From Candidatus Eiseniibacteriota bacterium (GTDB lineage Bacteria > Eisenbacteria > RBG-16-71-46): a stretch of 64,000 nucleotides of DNA. The notes under the pieces were generated by a model. It worked only from the letters and a program-made list of their open reading frames with translations. It ran no database searches and was not told where the DNA came from. Below are positions 36,695 through 47,503 of the stretch, in pieces. How positions within the stretch are numbered: the stretch's first letter is position 1; the number at the start of each line of letters is the position of its first letter. Where the stretch lies: positions 1 through 64,000 of the forward strand of contig JANMQY010000058.1 of the NCBI GenBank assembly GCA_031370785.1, read 5' to 3'. The translations under genes were made by a program, and so were the position numbers.

Positions 36695-38287
36695 GTGATC
36701 CGCAGCGTCCGCGTGCTCAAGAACGTGCTCACCAACTACCTCCGCTTCTTTCTGGCGGGGGTGATCGGGTTCCTCGTCACCCCGATCATGGTCCACCTGC
36801 TCGGCGACGGGGATTACGGCCTGTGGGTGACCGTCTTCTCGCTCACCGGCTACTTCGGACTGTTCGACCAGGGCATCCGCCCCTCGCTGGTGCGCTACGT
36901 GTCCCGCGATCACACGCTCGGCGACCGCGCGGGTCTCGAGCGCACCATGGCCAGCGCGCTGCTGCTCTACGGCGCGGTCGGCCTCGTGACGCTGATTGCC
37001 TCCGCGGTCCTCGCTTCCAACTTCACGCACTGGTTCAAGATCGAGCCGCATCAGGTGAACGAGGCGCGCGCGGTCGTGATACTGGCCGGCGCCTCGCTCG
37101 CGCTGGGCTTCCCGCTCGGCGTCTTCGGCGCGACGCTCTCCGGGCTTCAGCGCTACGACATCGCCAACGGGATCGGAATACTGGTCGGCATACTGCGCGC
37201 GCTGGCGTTCGTCGCGGTGTTGCGGCTGGGCTGGGGCTTGATCGGGCTGGCGTGGGCCTCGCTTGCCATGAACGGGCTGGGACATCTGCTCTCGTGGATG
37301 GCGGTGCGGCGGCTGCTGCCCGGCCTGAAGCTGAGTGTCCGGTCGATCGACGCCGCGCATCTCACCCTGATCGGCAGCTACAGCGGATTCGCGTTCGTGG
37401 GCGCGCTGGCGACCAGCATCGCGTTCCAGACCGACGCGCTGGTCATCACTGCGTTCCTGGGGGCGGCGCTGGTGACGCCCTTCGCGCTGGCCTCGGGACT
37501 GGTCGACAATGCGCGCTCGCTGGTTTACAGCGCGACCTGGGTGCTGTCGCCGACCGCCAGCGAGCTGGACACCCTGGGCGAGCGGGGCAAGCTTCACGCC
37601 CTGCTGATCGTCGGGAGCAAGTATTCGGTGCTGATGTGCTGGCCGGTGCTGCTCGCGTTGATCGTGTTCGGCGAAAACCTGATCGTCACCTGGGTCGGAC
37701 CCCGCTACGCGACCACCGCGTCGTTCGCGAGCGTGCTCTCGCCGCACGGCCCTCAGGCCAGCGCCGCGCAGATCCTGGTGCTGCTCAGCCTGCCCACGCT
37801 GCTCTCGCTGCCGCAGAGCACCGCCTCCTCGCTGCTCTACGGCATCAGCCGCCACCGCGGGGTGGTCGGACTCGCGTTGATCAACGCCGCGCTCAATCTG
37901 GCGCTGTCGCTGTGGTGGGTGAAGACGTGGGGTCTGGCCGGCGTCGCCCTGGGCACCGCGGTCCCGCTGGCGCTGGTGGGCGGGATCGCCACCCAGATCT
38001 ACGTCTGTCGCGCGCTCGGGCTGCCCGCGGCCCGCTACACGTGGGAGGGACTGCTGCAACCGGGGCTGGTGTGCCTTGCGTTCCTCGTGCCCGCGATCGT
38101 CGTGGAGCGGGTCTGGCATCCGCTCGGCTGGCTGCCGCTCGCGGCGGCGATCGGGGGATGCTGGGTGGTGTTCGCGGTCGCGGCGTGGCGCTTCTCGATC
38201 ACCGGCATCGAGCGCCAACGCTGGGGCCGCATGCTGCCGGGCCTGCTCGGGGCGCGCGAGGCAACGATCGGAGAGTCGCATCCATGA
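36695..38287 (+). CDS. Wzx-type flippase
   Basis: Polytopic, LGDGDYGLW, FDQGI...VRY, QTDALVI, GLAGVALG. Confidence 0.88.
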   Translation: MIRSVRVLKNVLTNYLRFFLAGVIGFLVTPIMVHLLGDGDYGLWVTVFSLTGYFGLFDQGIRPSLVRYVSRDHTLGDRAGLERTMASALLLYGAVGLVTLIASAVLASNFTHWFKIEPHQVNEARAVVILAGASLALGFPLGVFGATLSGLQRYDIANGIGILVGILRALAFVAVLRLGWGLIGLAWASLAMNGLGHLLSWMAVRRLLPGLKLSVRSIDAAHLTLIGSYSGFAFVGALATSIAFQTDALVITAFLGAALVTPFALASGLVDNARSLVYSATWVLSPTASELDTLGERGKLHALLIVGSKYSVLMCWPVLLALIVFGENLIVTWVGPRYATTASFASVLSPHGPQASAAQILVLLSLPTLLSLPQSTASSLLYGISRHRGVVGLALINAALNLALSLWWVKTWGLAGVALGTAVPLALVGGIATQIYVCRALGLPAARYTWEGLLQPGLVCLAFLVPAIVVERVWHPLGWLPLAAAIGGCWVVFAVAAWRFSITGIERQRWGRMLPGLLGAREATIGESHP

Positions 38288-39273
38288 CCCCGAGAGTCAG
38301 CGTCGTGATTGCAGCCTACAACGCCGCATGGTGTATCGAGCGCGCGCTCGACGGCCTGGTCGCCCAGAGCCGGCGACCCGACGAGGTGCTGGTGTGCGAC
38401 GACGGGTCGACCGACGGCATGGCCGATCTGGTCGAGAGCCGCTACAGCGGCTTCATCCGCGTGCTGCGCCTTCCGCACCGCAACGCCTCGGCGACCCGCC
38501 GTGTCGGACTGGAGCAGGCGACCGGTGACTGGCTGGCATTCCTCGACGCCGACGACTGGTGGAAGCCGGTCAAGCTCGAGCGTCAGCTCGCCTACCTCGA
38601 GCGCCATCCCGAAGTGCGCTACTGCGGAACCGACGGCGAACTCGTGTCGGCAGAGGGAGTCATCCGCGAATCGTGGTTGTCCGAATACTTCACGCCCTTG
38701 CGCGATCTGCACGGGGACCTGATGCCGTTGCTCATCGAGCGCTGCTTTCCGCTGCTCAGCTCGATGATGGTGGAACGCCACGCCTATCACGAGATCGGAG
38801 GGCTCGATCCCGAGATCGAGCGCGCCTATGACTACGACCTGTGGCTGCGCTGCGCGGCCCGCTACCCGGGCGCGATCCTGGCCGAGCCGCTCATCTACTA
38901 CTTCTCGCACCCGGGATCGCTCTCGCGCAATCTCGAGCCGCGCTACCGCGACGACCTGACGGTCATGCGCCGCGCCGCGAAGGGCCGTTACGGCCGCCGC
39001 CCTCGCGTGCAGAGCATCGCAGCCGAGCGAGCCGCGGCGCTCGAGCTGGATCTGGGCATCACCTGCTTCCGCTCCGGACGCTGGCCCGAAGGTCGTGGGC
39101 ACATGGCGCGCGCCGCCATGGCGGGTCCGCTGCGCCGCCGCCTGGTCGCTGCCGCGAGCGCAGTGCTGCCCGGCTACGCCGTGCCGAGGCTGATGCGCTC
39201 CGCCTGGGCCAAAGACGTCCTGCGCCGCAATCGTCGCCAGCCGCGCACGCTCGCGCCGGGAGAGGCGACGTGA
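38284..39273 (+). CDS. Glycosyltransferase family 2
   Basis: VSVVIAAYN, DDGSTD, FLDADD, YDYDLWLR. Confidence 0.92.
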   Translation: MTPRVSVVIAAYNAAWCIERALDGLVAQSRRPDEVLVCDDGSTDGMADLVESRYSGFIRVLRLPHRNASATRRVGLEQATGDWLAFLDADDWWKPVKLERQLAYLERHPEVRYCGTDGELVSAEGVIRESWLSEYFTPLRDLHGDLMPLLIERCFPLLSSMMVERHAYHEIGGLDPEIERAYDYDLWLRCAARYPGAILAEPLIYYFSHPGSLSRNLEPRYRDDLTVMRRAAKGRYGRRPRVQSIAAERAAALELDLGITCFRSGRWPEGRGHMARAAMAGPLRRRLVAAASAVLPGYAVPRLMRSAWAKDVLRRNRRQPRTLAPGEAT

Positions 39274-40325
39274 GCACGGGGCTCGAGGTCACGGCGGTGA
39301 TCCCGGCGCACAACGGGCTGCCCGACGTGCTCGAAGCCGTGGACTCGGCGCTCGCCCAGACCCTTCCGCCGGTCGAGGTGGTGGTGGTGGACGACGGCTC
39401 GGATGACGGTACCGGGGATGCGGTCGCGCACGCATTCGGTCCCGCCGGAGTGCGCCGCGCCGGACGCGGCACGCCGGTGCGCGTGGTGCGCGGGCGCTTC
39501 GGAAGTGCGGCCGCGGCGCGCAATCGCGGCTGGCGCGAGGCGCGTACGCGCTGGATCGCGCTGCTCGACGCCGACGACCTCTGGTACGCGCACAAGCTCG
39601 AGACTGCGAATGCGGCGCTGGCCGCCGCCCCCGAGGCGGCGTGGTTCTTCAGCGATGGCGCGTTCCGGAATCTCGAGGGCGAGATACGCTCATCGTGGCT
39701 CGCGACGTACGTTGACCTCCCGGATCGGTACGTCGGCTATCCGGCGCGCGAGCTGATCGAGGTCAACTTCGTGCTGACCTCCTCGGTGCTGGCGCGTCGC
39801 GACGCGCTCGAGACGCTGGGCGGATTCGACGAACGCCTGAGTCATGCCGAGGATCTCGATCTGTGGATCCGCCTCGCCCGGCGCTGGCCGGCCGCGGCCT
39901 CGCGGCAGGCGCTGGTGCGCTATCAGCATCGTCCGGGCGGGCTCACCCGCCAGGTCGAAGCCCGGCTCACCGGCGACATCACGCTGTTCCGGCGCCTTAC
40001 GGAGGATCAGACGCTCAGTCCGGACCTGCGCCGCGCGGCGCGGCGGCGCGAGGCGCTGGCGCATTTCAAGCTCGGGATGACCGCGATGCGCGAGGGACGG
40101 AACACCGAGGCGCGCGTGCATTTCTCCAAGGGGTGGCTGTTTCCGGAGCGGGCGCTGCCGGTCACCGTCGCCTGGATCATGAGCCGACTCCCGCGGGCCG
40201 CCTTCTCCGGATTGCGCAGCCAGGGCTGGGCGACCGCCACCGCGGCACCGCACGCGCGGGTGCGGCGCGTGAGCCTCAGGCCCGGCGGGCGACCGGATGC
40301 GGCAGCGAACGGAGGCCTGCGGTGA
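39270..40325 (+). CDS. Glycosyltransferase family 2
   Basis: VIPAHN, DDGSDD, ARNRG, LLDADD, EDLDLWIR. Confidence 0.92.
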   Translation: MSTGLEVTAVIPAHNGLPDVLEAVDSALAQTLPPVEVVVVDDGSDDGTGDAVAHAFGPAGVRRAGRGTPVRVVRGRFGSAAAARNRGWREARTRWIALLDADDLWYAHKLETANAALAAAPEAAWFFSDGAFRNLEGEIRSSWLATYVDLPDRYVGYPARELIEVNFVLTSSVLARRDALETLGGFDERLSHAEDLDLWIRLARRWPAAASRQALVRYQHRPGGLTRQVEARLTGDITLFRRLTEDQTLSPDLRRAARRREALAHFKLGMTAMREGRNTEARVHFSKGWLFPERALPVTVAWIMSRLPRAAFSGLRSQGWATATAAPHARVRRVSLRPGGRPDAAANGGLR

Positions 40326-41764
40326 GTCAGACGCCAAATCCGATGGGCGTCACCCCGATCCACGAAGTGCGGGACGCGGCGAGGCGTCAGGCGCGCTCGC
40401 TTCCGGCCGGGGTCCCGATCGCGCTAAGCATGCTGATCGCGGCGCTGGCGATCGGTCTGTTCGTGATGCTGGACTACGGCTTCAATCAGGATCCGCATCG
40501 CATCGTCAAGGTGCTGCTCGGCGCCGCCTTGATCGCCACCATCCTGATGCGCCCGCGCTTCGGCCTGTTCCTGCTTCCGATCGCGACCCCGTTCCTGCCG
40601 TGGCTGCCGAAGCTGCCGGTCCCGGGCGTCAACACGCTCAACGCCCTGCTGTTCACCGTGTTCTCGACATTTGCGCTGGCCCGGATCATGAATCAACAGC
40701 CGGTGTTCCGGCGCGGCCGACTGGCCTACCCGCTTGGGGCGCTGATCCTGATCGCGGGGCTCTCCATCGTGCGCGGGGCGGCATTCCCGACCGGCTATAC
40801 GTTCCGGGCCTCGGAGTCGGCGATGGCGCTGCTGCGCTGCTCGATGACCTTCACCGTCTACTTCCTCGCGCTGGCCATGGTGCGCGGCGAGAAGGACCGC
40901 CGCGTGATGGGGTGGGCGATCGTGCTCGGCCTGCTCGCCGAGGCCCTGACCACCATCGTGTACGGCCGCAATGGCCGCGGCGCCCGCGCGATCGGCTCGT
41001 TCGGCCAGTCCAACGAGCTGGGCGCGTTCCTCGCGATGTTCACGGCGTTCAGCGCGGCCCTGATCCCGGCGACGCGGAAATGGTTCGGCAAGCTGTTGCT
41101 GCTCGGCGCGGTGGTGGCGGGAACCTACGCGGTGCTGCTCTCGGTCTCACGCGGAGCGCTGGTCGCGCTGGCCGCGAGCTTGCTTTTCGTCGCGCTGCGC
41201 AGTTCGCGCATCCTCACCTTCATCCTGCTCGTCGTCATGGTCAGCTCGCCGCTGTGGATGCCGTCCTACATGATGCAGCGACTGAGCGGGACCGAGATCG
41301 AGAGCGAGGCGGGCACCGAGTCGGGACTCGAAGCCTCGGCGCAGATTCGTGTGGATACGTGGCACGCGATCCTCGCGGTGGTGGCGGATCACCCGCTCGA
41401 CGGCGTCGGATTCACCGGGCTCGGCTGGGTGCTGCCCGAGACCGGGGAAAATCTGGGCCTCGAGGTCAAGGACAGCGCACACAACACCTACCTGCGGTTC
41501 CTCGGTGAAATGGGCGTGTTCGGTCTGCTGATCTTCCTCTGGCTGCTGTGGTCGTGCTGGAAGATGACGATGGAGGGAGTACGCACCGCGCGCAGTCGAT
41601 TCGACCGCCAGCTGTCGGTGGGGGTCGCCGCGGCAACGCTGGCCATGGCGGTGTCGTGCGCATTCGGCGACCGGTTCTTCTCCATTCTCATCACCGGAAA
41701 TTTCTGGATCGCATGCGCCCTCGTGAACGACGCACTGCTCGATCGGCCGGAGAGCACGGCATGA
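40322..41764 (+). CDS. O-antigen ligase/polymerase (WaaL/Wzy) family protein
   Basis: Polytopic; SNELGAF, SVSRGA, R..TW, HPLDGVG, SAHNTYL..EMGVFG. Confidence 0.88.
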   Translation: MSQTPNPMGVTPIHEVRDAARRQARSLPAGVPIALSMLIAALAIGLFVMLDYGFNQDPHRIVKVLLGAALIATILMRPRFGLFLLPIATPFLPWLPKLPVPGVNTLNALLFTVFSTFALARIMNQQPVFRRGRLAYPLGALILIAGLSIVRGAAFPTGYTFRASESAMALLRCSMTFTVYFLALAMVRGEKDRRVMGWAIVLGLLAEALTTIVYGRNGRGARAIGSFGQSNELGAFLAMFTAFSAALIPATRKWFGKLLLLGAVVAGTYAVLLSVSRGALVALAASLLFVALRSSRILTFILLVVMVSSPLWMPSYMMQRLSGTEIESEAGTESGLEASAQIRVDTWHAILAVVADHPLDGVGFTGLGWVLPETGENLGLEVKDSAHNTYLRFLGEMGVFGLLIFLWLLWSCWKMTMEGVRTARSRFDRQLSVGVAAATLAMAVSCAFGDRFFSILITGNFWIACALVNDALLDRPESTA

Positions 41765-42768
41765 GCGGGCGCGCGCTGCGCTGGATGATGAGCTTCGCGC
41801 ACCGCACGCCTCAGCCGAAGGTGGCGAGTCTGATCATCGTGCGCCACCACCGCGTGTACGCCGACGCCGAGAGCCCGATCTATCGCCTCGGGGTCGGCGA
41901 AAGCGTGTTCGCCGCGCAGCTCGAGCTGCTCCGCGCGATCGGGCTCGCGCCGGTCACGGTCGCGGAAGGTGTGCGATGGCTTTCGGGCGCGCGCAGCGGC
42001 CGGCGCGTCGCGATGACCTTCGACGACGGTTACCGGGACAACCTGACCCGTGCGCTTCCGCTGCTCGAACGCCACGGCGCGCACGCGACGTTCTACCTTG
42101 CCGCAGGACTGATCGAGGAGCGCACCGCGCCATGGTGGGATCAGCTGGCGTGGCGGCTCGAGCGCGCCGAAATGAGCCAGGCGACGTTCGAGATCGAGGG
42201 CAGGCGCATCCGGCTCGAGCTGGAGGAGCCCGCCGGCCGCGCGCGCGCGATCGCGGCCCTCGAGCCGCTGATGCGCGTGACCCCCGAGCTGCGGCAGCGC
42301 CGGCTCGAATCGCTGCGCGACCTCCTGCACGTGCGCGGCGAGGCGCCCTGCGAGCTGGCCACGTGGGAGGAAGCGCGCGCCCTGGGCGGCGGCGGGATGG
42401 AGATCGGGGCACACACGCTCTCGCATCCGCATCTGAGTCTCCTGACTCCGGATCGCCAGGATGCCGAGATCTCAGGCTCGATCGATCTCATCGAGCGCCG
42501 GCTCGGTGTGCGGTCGCGCGGTTTCGCGTACCCGGGTGGCGACTACGACGCGAGCAGCGTCGCGATCGCGGCCCGGCTCGAGCTCGAGCACGCGGTCACC
42601 ACTCGCCGCGGCGACAACGGTCCGGACGCGCCGCGTCTCGAGCTGCGCCGCCGCGCTCTCTCGGATGGCGCGTGCCTCGGGCCGACCGGCGTCTTCTCGC
42701 GCCGCCTGACGCTCGCCGAGCTGGACGGCGCGTTCGATTGGGCGCGTGGCGTCGAGGCCGCAACATGA
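41761..42768 (+). CDS. Polysaccharide deacetylase (CE4/NodB)
   Basis: HHRV, MTFDDGY, GAHTLSHPHL, FAYPGG. Confidence 0.9.
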   Translation: MSGRALRWMMSFAHRTPQPKVASLIIVRHHRVYADAESPIYRLGVGESVFAAQLELLRAIGLAPVTVAEGVRWLSGARSGRRVAMTFDDGYRDNLTRALPLLERHGAHATFYLAAGLIEERTAPWWDQLAWRLERAEMSQATFEIEGRRIRLELEEPAGRARAIAALEPLMRVTPELRQRRLESLRDLLHVRGEAPCELATWEEARALGGGGMEIGAHTLSHPHLSLLTPDRQDAEISGSIDLIERRLGVRSRGFAYPGGDYDASSVAIAARLELEHAVTTRRGDNGPDAPRLELRRRALSDGACLGPTGVFSRRLTLAELDGAFDWARGVEAAT

Positions 42769-43928
42769 ACCCGCCACCGCGCCTGCGCGTTCTGTTCGTG
42801 GTGGGCAACTTCGTCGCGGGCGGAGCCGAGCGCCATCTGCTCGAGCTGTGGCGGCGCATCGACCGCACGCGCTTCGAGGTGGAGATCGCGTGCTTCCGGC
42901 GCGAGGGTCAGTTCAGCGCCGAAGTCCTGGGGCTGGGCTGGCCGGTCCACGAGCTGGGCGTGGGCCGCCGCCTCTACGGACCGGCCGGCGTTCGCGCGCT
43001 GGCGCGTCTCGCGAGTCAGGTCCGCCGCTTTCGTCCCGATGTGATCCACGGCTATCTGTTCGGTCCGAACCTGCTGGCGGTGCTGGCGGGACGACTGTGC
43101 GGGGTGCGCGCGGTGGTGGTGGCCAAGCGCAATGTGGATGCGTTCGAGACTCCGCGCCAGCGTGCGATGCAGCGCTGGATCCACCGAAACGCGACGCACG
43201 TCACCGCGGTGAGCGAGGCAGTCGCCGACACGGTTGCCGCGATGGGTGTGCCGCGAGAGCGCATCACCGTGATTCCGAACGGCGTGGACACCGCACGCTT
43301 CATCGTCCATGCGCCTGGCGCCGATGGCGGCGGCCGGCGCGCCGCCCTTCCCGAGCGCTGGCCGTTCGATGGCGACGGCACGCCGCTGGTGGGCAGCGTG
43401 GGCTGCCTCGCCGCGCGTAAGGACTACGCGACGCTGGTGGATGCGCTTGCCCTGCTTGGCGCGCGTGGCATTCCGTTCCGGGCCGCCCTGGTGGGCGATG
43501 GGCCGGAGCGCGCCGCGCTCGAGGCACGCATCGCGGCGCTGGGCCTGGCGGACCGCGTCCGCCTGCTCGGGGAGCGGGCCGACGTCGAGCGATTGCTGCC
43601 CGAAATGAACGTGTTCGTGCTCTCGTCCCGCGAAGAGGGCATTCCCAACGCGCTGCTCGAGGCGATGGCCGCCGGACGCGCCGCGGTCGCGACCGCGGTC
43701 GGCGGCACTCCGGAGGTGTTGCGCGATGGCGAGACCGGATGGCTGGTGCCGCCGGGATCACCCGTGGCGCTGGCCGATGCGCTGGCCGACGTGCTCGCGA
43801 GGCCCGAGGAGGCACGGCGCCGCGGCGCGGCGGCGAGGCGGATGACAGAGCAGAACATGAGCATCGACGCCATGGCACGGCGCCACGAGTCGTTCTACGC
43901 GCAGGCGGCGGGGAGGGCAGTCGCGTGA
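42765..43928 (+). CDS. Glycosyltransferase family 4
   Basis: GGAER, VIPNGVD, EGIPNALLEAMA. Confidence 0.92.
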   Translation: MNPPPRLRVLFVVGNFVAGGAERHLLELWRRIDRTRFEVEIACFRREGQFSAEVLGLGWPVHELGVGRRLYGPAGVRALARLASQVRRFRPDVIHGYLFGPNLLAVLAGRLCGVRAVVVAKRNVDAFETPRQRAMQRWIHRNATHVTAVSEAVADTVAAMGVPRERITVIPNGVDTARFIVHAPGADGGGRRAALPERWPFDGDGTPLVGSVGCLAARKDYATLVDALALLGARGIPFRAALVGDGPERAALEARIAALGLADRVRLLGERADVERLLPEMNVFVLSSREEGIPNALLEAMAAGRAAVATAVGGTPEVLRDGETGWLVPPGSPVALADALADVLARPEEARRRGAAARRMTEQNMSIDAMARRHESFYAQAAGRAVA

Positions 43929-45166
43929 CCTCGGTGGCCTACGTCACCACGACCTTTCCTACGCTTGCCGCGTTCGTCGAGAGCGAGGTGGCCCGCCTCC
44001 ACGCGCGCGGCGTGCGGGTGCGTGTATTCACCTTGCGCGGCATCGGGCACGAATACCAGCCGGCCCACGCTCACCTTCTCCCGCTCACCCGCTCGGTCGG
44101 GAGCGTTTTCGATCCGGCATCGTGGGCCGCGCTGCTCGGCTGGCTGGTGCGCCGGCCTCACGTGCTGCTCCGCGAGAGCGCGATCATGCTGTGGGCATCG
44201 CGCGGCAGCCTCTACGCTTTGATCGGACATCTCGGCTACCTGCCGGCCGCGGCGTGCGTGGCGAGCCTGGTCGAGCGCGAGGATCTCGAGCGCGTGCACG
44301 GCGCATGGGCACACTTCCCGGCCAGCGTCGCCTACCTGGCTTCGCGGCTCACCGGGAGGAGCTTCAGCATGTCGGCCCACGCCGGGGCGGACCTGTATCG
44401 CACCCAGGCGTTCCTCGCGCACAAGGCGCGCGCCGCGGACTTCACCTCGGCGTGCGTGCGCGGCAATGCCGAAATGCTGCGCACGCTGGCCGGTCCCGGG
44501 GCGCGCGTCGAATGGATCTATCACGGCGTGGATCGCGCGCGCTTCGACGGTGCGGGGCGCGTTCGCGCCGAGGAGCCGCTGCTGCTCGCAGTCGGCCGGC
44601 TCTCGCCGCCCAAGGGCTTCGACGATGCGCTGCGCGCGCTCGGCATTCTCAAGCAACGTGGGCTGACCCCGCATCTGGCGATCGTGGGCGACGGGCCGCA
44701 GCGCGGGACGCTCGAGGCGCTGGCACGCGACCTGGGTGTCGCCAAGCAGGTGGAGTTCCTCGGCAGTCTCACCCATGAAGCGCTGGTGCCGCTGTATCGT
44801 CGCGCGTGGATGCTGCTGGCCCCGAGCCGTGTGCTCGCCAACGGCCGGCGCGACGGCATTCCGAACGTGGTGATCGAGGCCATGGCGATGGGCGTCCCCT
44901 GCGCCGGCACGCGCGCGGCCGGACTGGAGGAGGCGATCGTGCACGGCGTGAACGGCGCGCTGTGCGCCTCCGGAGATGCGACCTCCCTGGCCGATGCGAT
45001 CGAGCCGCTGCTGCGCGAGCCGTCCCGGTTGGATGCGCTGGGGTCCCGGGCGCGCGCCGACGTGGGCGAACGGTTCGATGCGGAGCGGAACTTCGAGCGG
45101 CTGTTCGCGCTCTTCGAGCGTGGGGCCGCAGCGGGCGAGGCCGCGCCCCGGGTGGCGGCGCGATGA
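43925..45166 (+). CDS. Glycosyltransferase family 4 (WcaL-like)
   Basis: FPTLAAFV..E, HAGAD, VGRL...KG, RDGIPNVVIEAMA. Confidence 0.9.
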   Translation: MTSVAYVTTTFPTLAAFVESEVARLHARGVRVRVFTLRGIGHEYQPAHAHLLPLTRSVGSVFDPASWAALLGWLVRRPHVLLRESAIMLWASRGSLYALIGHLGYLPAAACVASLVEREDLERVHGAWAHFPASVAYLASRLTGRSFSMSAHAGADLYRTQAFLAHKARAADFTSACVRGNAEMLRTLAGPGARVEWIYHGVDRARFDGAGRVRAEEPLLLAVGRLSPPKGFDDALRALGILKQRGLTPHLAIVGDGPQRGTLEALARDLGVAKQVEFLGSLTHEALVPLYRRAWMLLAPSRVLANGRRDGIPNVVIEAMAMGVPCAGTRAAGLEEAIVHGVNGALCASGDATSLADAIEPLLREPSRLDALGSRARADVGERFDAERNFERLFALFERGAAAGEAAPRVAAR

Positions 45167-46389
45167 GTCGGGCGCTGAAAGTGATGCACGTGATCGAGGC
45201 CATGCACCAGGGTGGCGCCGAGTCGCTGGTGGTCGAACACGTGCGGCACGCCGGGCCCGGGGTCGAGAGCACGGTGTGCGCGCTCAACCGAGGAGGGCCG
45301 GCGCTCGAGCAGGCGCGCGCGCTCGGCGCATCGGTCGATGTGCTGCGCCGCCCGGGACGCGCCGGAGTGCAGGCGCGCGCCGGCGGGCTGCTGGCGCTCG
45401 CGCGCCGCATGCGGGAGGAGCGCATCGACGTCGTGAACGGGCACAATCCGACCGGAGCGTTGTACGCGGTCGGCGCCGCGGCGCTGGCCGGGGTACACGC
45501 GGTGCTGCGCACCGAGCACAGCCTGCACTACCCGGGGCGCCACTCGGCGTTCTATCCGTGGCTCGAGCGGCTGGCGACACATCGGACCGCCGCGGTGGTG
45601 TGCGTGTGCGAGGCGGTCCGGGAATCGCACGTGCGCCGCATGGGCGATCTCGCCTCGCGTTTCGTGACCATCATGAACGGCGTGGATGAGCTGCCCGCGG
45701 GCGAGCCGGGCGCTGCGCGTGCTGCGGGCCGCGCCGCACTCGGACTGGCGCCGGAGGATCTGTGTGTGCTCAGCGTCGGCAGCCTCACCCGGCAGAAGGC
45801 CCATCACGTTCTGATCGACGCCTTCGCGCGGGTTGCCGGGAGCAGGCCCCGAGCCCGGCTGCTGATCGCGGGCGAGGGCCCGCTGCGCGCCGCGCTCGAA
45901 GAGCGCATCGCGGCGGTCCAAGCTCCGGCCGCTGCCGGCGACGCACCGGCCGGCGCCCGTGCTTCGGGCGCGCGCGTGCGACTGCTCGGTGCGCGTGAGG
46001 ATGTCGGCGCCCTGATGCAGGCCGCGGACCTGTACGCGCTGAGTTCCGAGCGCGAAGGGCTCTCGGTCACCCTGCTCGAGGCGATGCGTGCTGGGCGCGC
46101 CGCGGTCGCGACGCGCGTGGGCGGAAACGGCGAGGCGATCGCCGAGGGCACGAGCGGCAGGCTGGTTCCAGTGGATGATGTCGCGTCCTTCGCGGAGGCG
46201 CTCGCTTCGCTGCTCGACGATCGCGCGCGACGTGAGGCGATGGGCCACGCGGCGCGCGAGCGCTTCCTCGAGCGCTTCACCGCCGAGCGCATGGTGGCCG
46301 AGACCGAGGCGCTCTACCGACGCGCGCTCGGCGGCCCGGTCGAGGCTCCGCTCGGAGCCGCGGGAGAGGGGCGTCATGCGACTGCTTGA
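45163..46389 (+). CDS. Glycosyltransferase family 4
   Basis: GGAE, TEH, IMNGVD, EGLSVTLLEAM. Confidence 0.92.
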   Translation: MSRALKVMHVIEAMHQGGAESLVVEHVRHAGPGVESTVCALNRGGPALEQARALGASVDVLRRPGRAGVQARAGGLLALARRMREERIDVVNGHNPTGALYAVGAAALAGVHAVLRTEHSLHYPGRHSAFYPWLERLATHRTAAVVCVCEAVRESHVRRMGDLASRFVTIMNGVDELPAGEPGAARAAGRAALGLAPEDLCVLSVGSLTRQKAHHVLIDAFARVAGSRPRARLLIAGEGPLRAALEERIAAVQAPAAAGDAPAGARASGARVRLLGAREDVGALMQAADLYALSSEREGLSVTLLEAMRAGRAAVATRVGGNGEAIAEGTSGRLVPVDDVASFAEALASLLDDRARREAMGHAARERFLERFTAERMVAETEALYRRALGGPVEAPLGAAGEGRHATA

Positions 46390-47503
46390 GCCGACCGGCA
46401 GAGTGACCATGCGCCTCGCGGCGGTAGGCGACGTCGCCGTGCTGGCTCGCGCGCGCGCCCGCGCCCACCGCGACGGCTTCGATGCCCCGCTCACCGCGCT
46501 CGCACCTGCGCTGCGCTCGGCCGACTGGGGATTCGCCAATCTCGAATTCCCGGTGGCGGAAGCCGCGTGGGTGGAGCCCGGACGCGCGGCCGAGTTCCAC
46601 CACGATCCCGAGCTGCCGGCGGCGCTGGTCCGCGCCGGCGTGCGCGTGGTCTCGCTCGCGAACAATCACCTGATGGACTGCGGCGAGCGGGGACTCCTGC
46701 GGACGCTCGAGACCTGTCGCGCGGCCGGGCTCGAGGCGATCGGAGCGGGGCCGGACCTGGACGAGGCGCGCCGCCCTGCGAGGTTCGAGCTGGCGGGACG
46801 CCGGGTGCGAGTGCTGGCCTACGCGACACCGTCCGAGAATGCCGCCACCTCGTCGCGTGCGGGATTCGCGCCGCTGGAAGAGAGCGTGGTGCGCGCCGAT
46901 CTCGAGCGCTGGCGCGGCGAGGCCGACCTGCTGGTGGTGAGCGCGCACTGGGGGTCGATGTACGTCGACTATCCGCCACCGCGCGTGATGGAATGGGCGG
47001 AGCGTCTGGAGCGATGGGGCGCCGACCTGGTGCTGGGGCATCACCCGCACGTCATGCAGGGCTTCCGCCGCCACGGAAGGGCGCTGACCCTGTTCAGCCT
47101 CGGCGATGCGGTGTTCGATCCGGCCGCGGGAGATTTCGAGGCAACGATCGCCGGCGTATCGCGCCGTGAGAGCGCGGTGTTCACCGTGCTCATCGCGGAT
47201 GCGCCAGGGCTCGACCTGGCGCCGCTCGCACTGGACGCGACCGGAGTGCCTGGGCTCGCGACCGGCGCCGAGGGCGAGGCAATCGCCGCGCGGCTGGTTC
47301 GCCTGAGCGCGGGGCTCGAGGACGCGGGCGCGCGCTTCGCGGCAGAGTCCGCGCCGCAGCTGCTGCGCTACGAGCTGGAGAGCCTGGGCACCTACCTTCG
47401 CCAGCGCAGGTTCGGGCGCGTGGCCCGCCTGCTGGGTTCGGTGCGGCCGCGCCACCTGCCTCTGCTGTGGAGCGCGCTGCGCCGCATGGGGAGGTCGACG
47501 TGA
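46376..47503 (+). CDS. CapA/PGA_cap family metallophosphoesterase
   Basis: AVGDV, ANLE, SLANNH.MD, HWG, GHHPHV, FSLGD. Confidence 0.88.
   Translation: MRLLEPTGRVTMRLAAVGDVAVLARARARAHRDGFDAPLTALAPALRSADWGFANLEFPVAEAAWVEPGRAAEFHHDPELPAALVRAGVRVVSLANNHLMDCGERGLLRTLETCRAAGLEAIGAGPDLDEARRPARFELAGRRVRVLAYATPSENAATSSRAGFAPLEESVVRADLERWRGEADLLVVSAHWGSMYVDYPPPRVMEWAERLERWGADLVLGHHPHVMQGFRRHGRALTLFSLGDAVFDPAAGDFEATIAGVSRRESAVFTVLIADAPGLDLAPLALDATGVPGLATGAEGEAIAARLVRLSAGLEDAGARFAAESAPQLLRYELESLGTYLRQRRFGRVARLLGSVRPRHLPLLWSALRRMGRST

Noticed and set aside
46376..47503. Poly-gamma-glutamate capsule synthesis
   Set aside because: Only the CapA-family domain is present; no capB/capC homologues in the window
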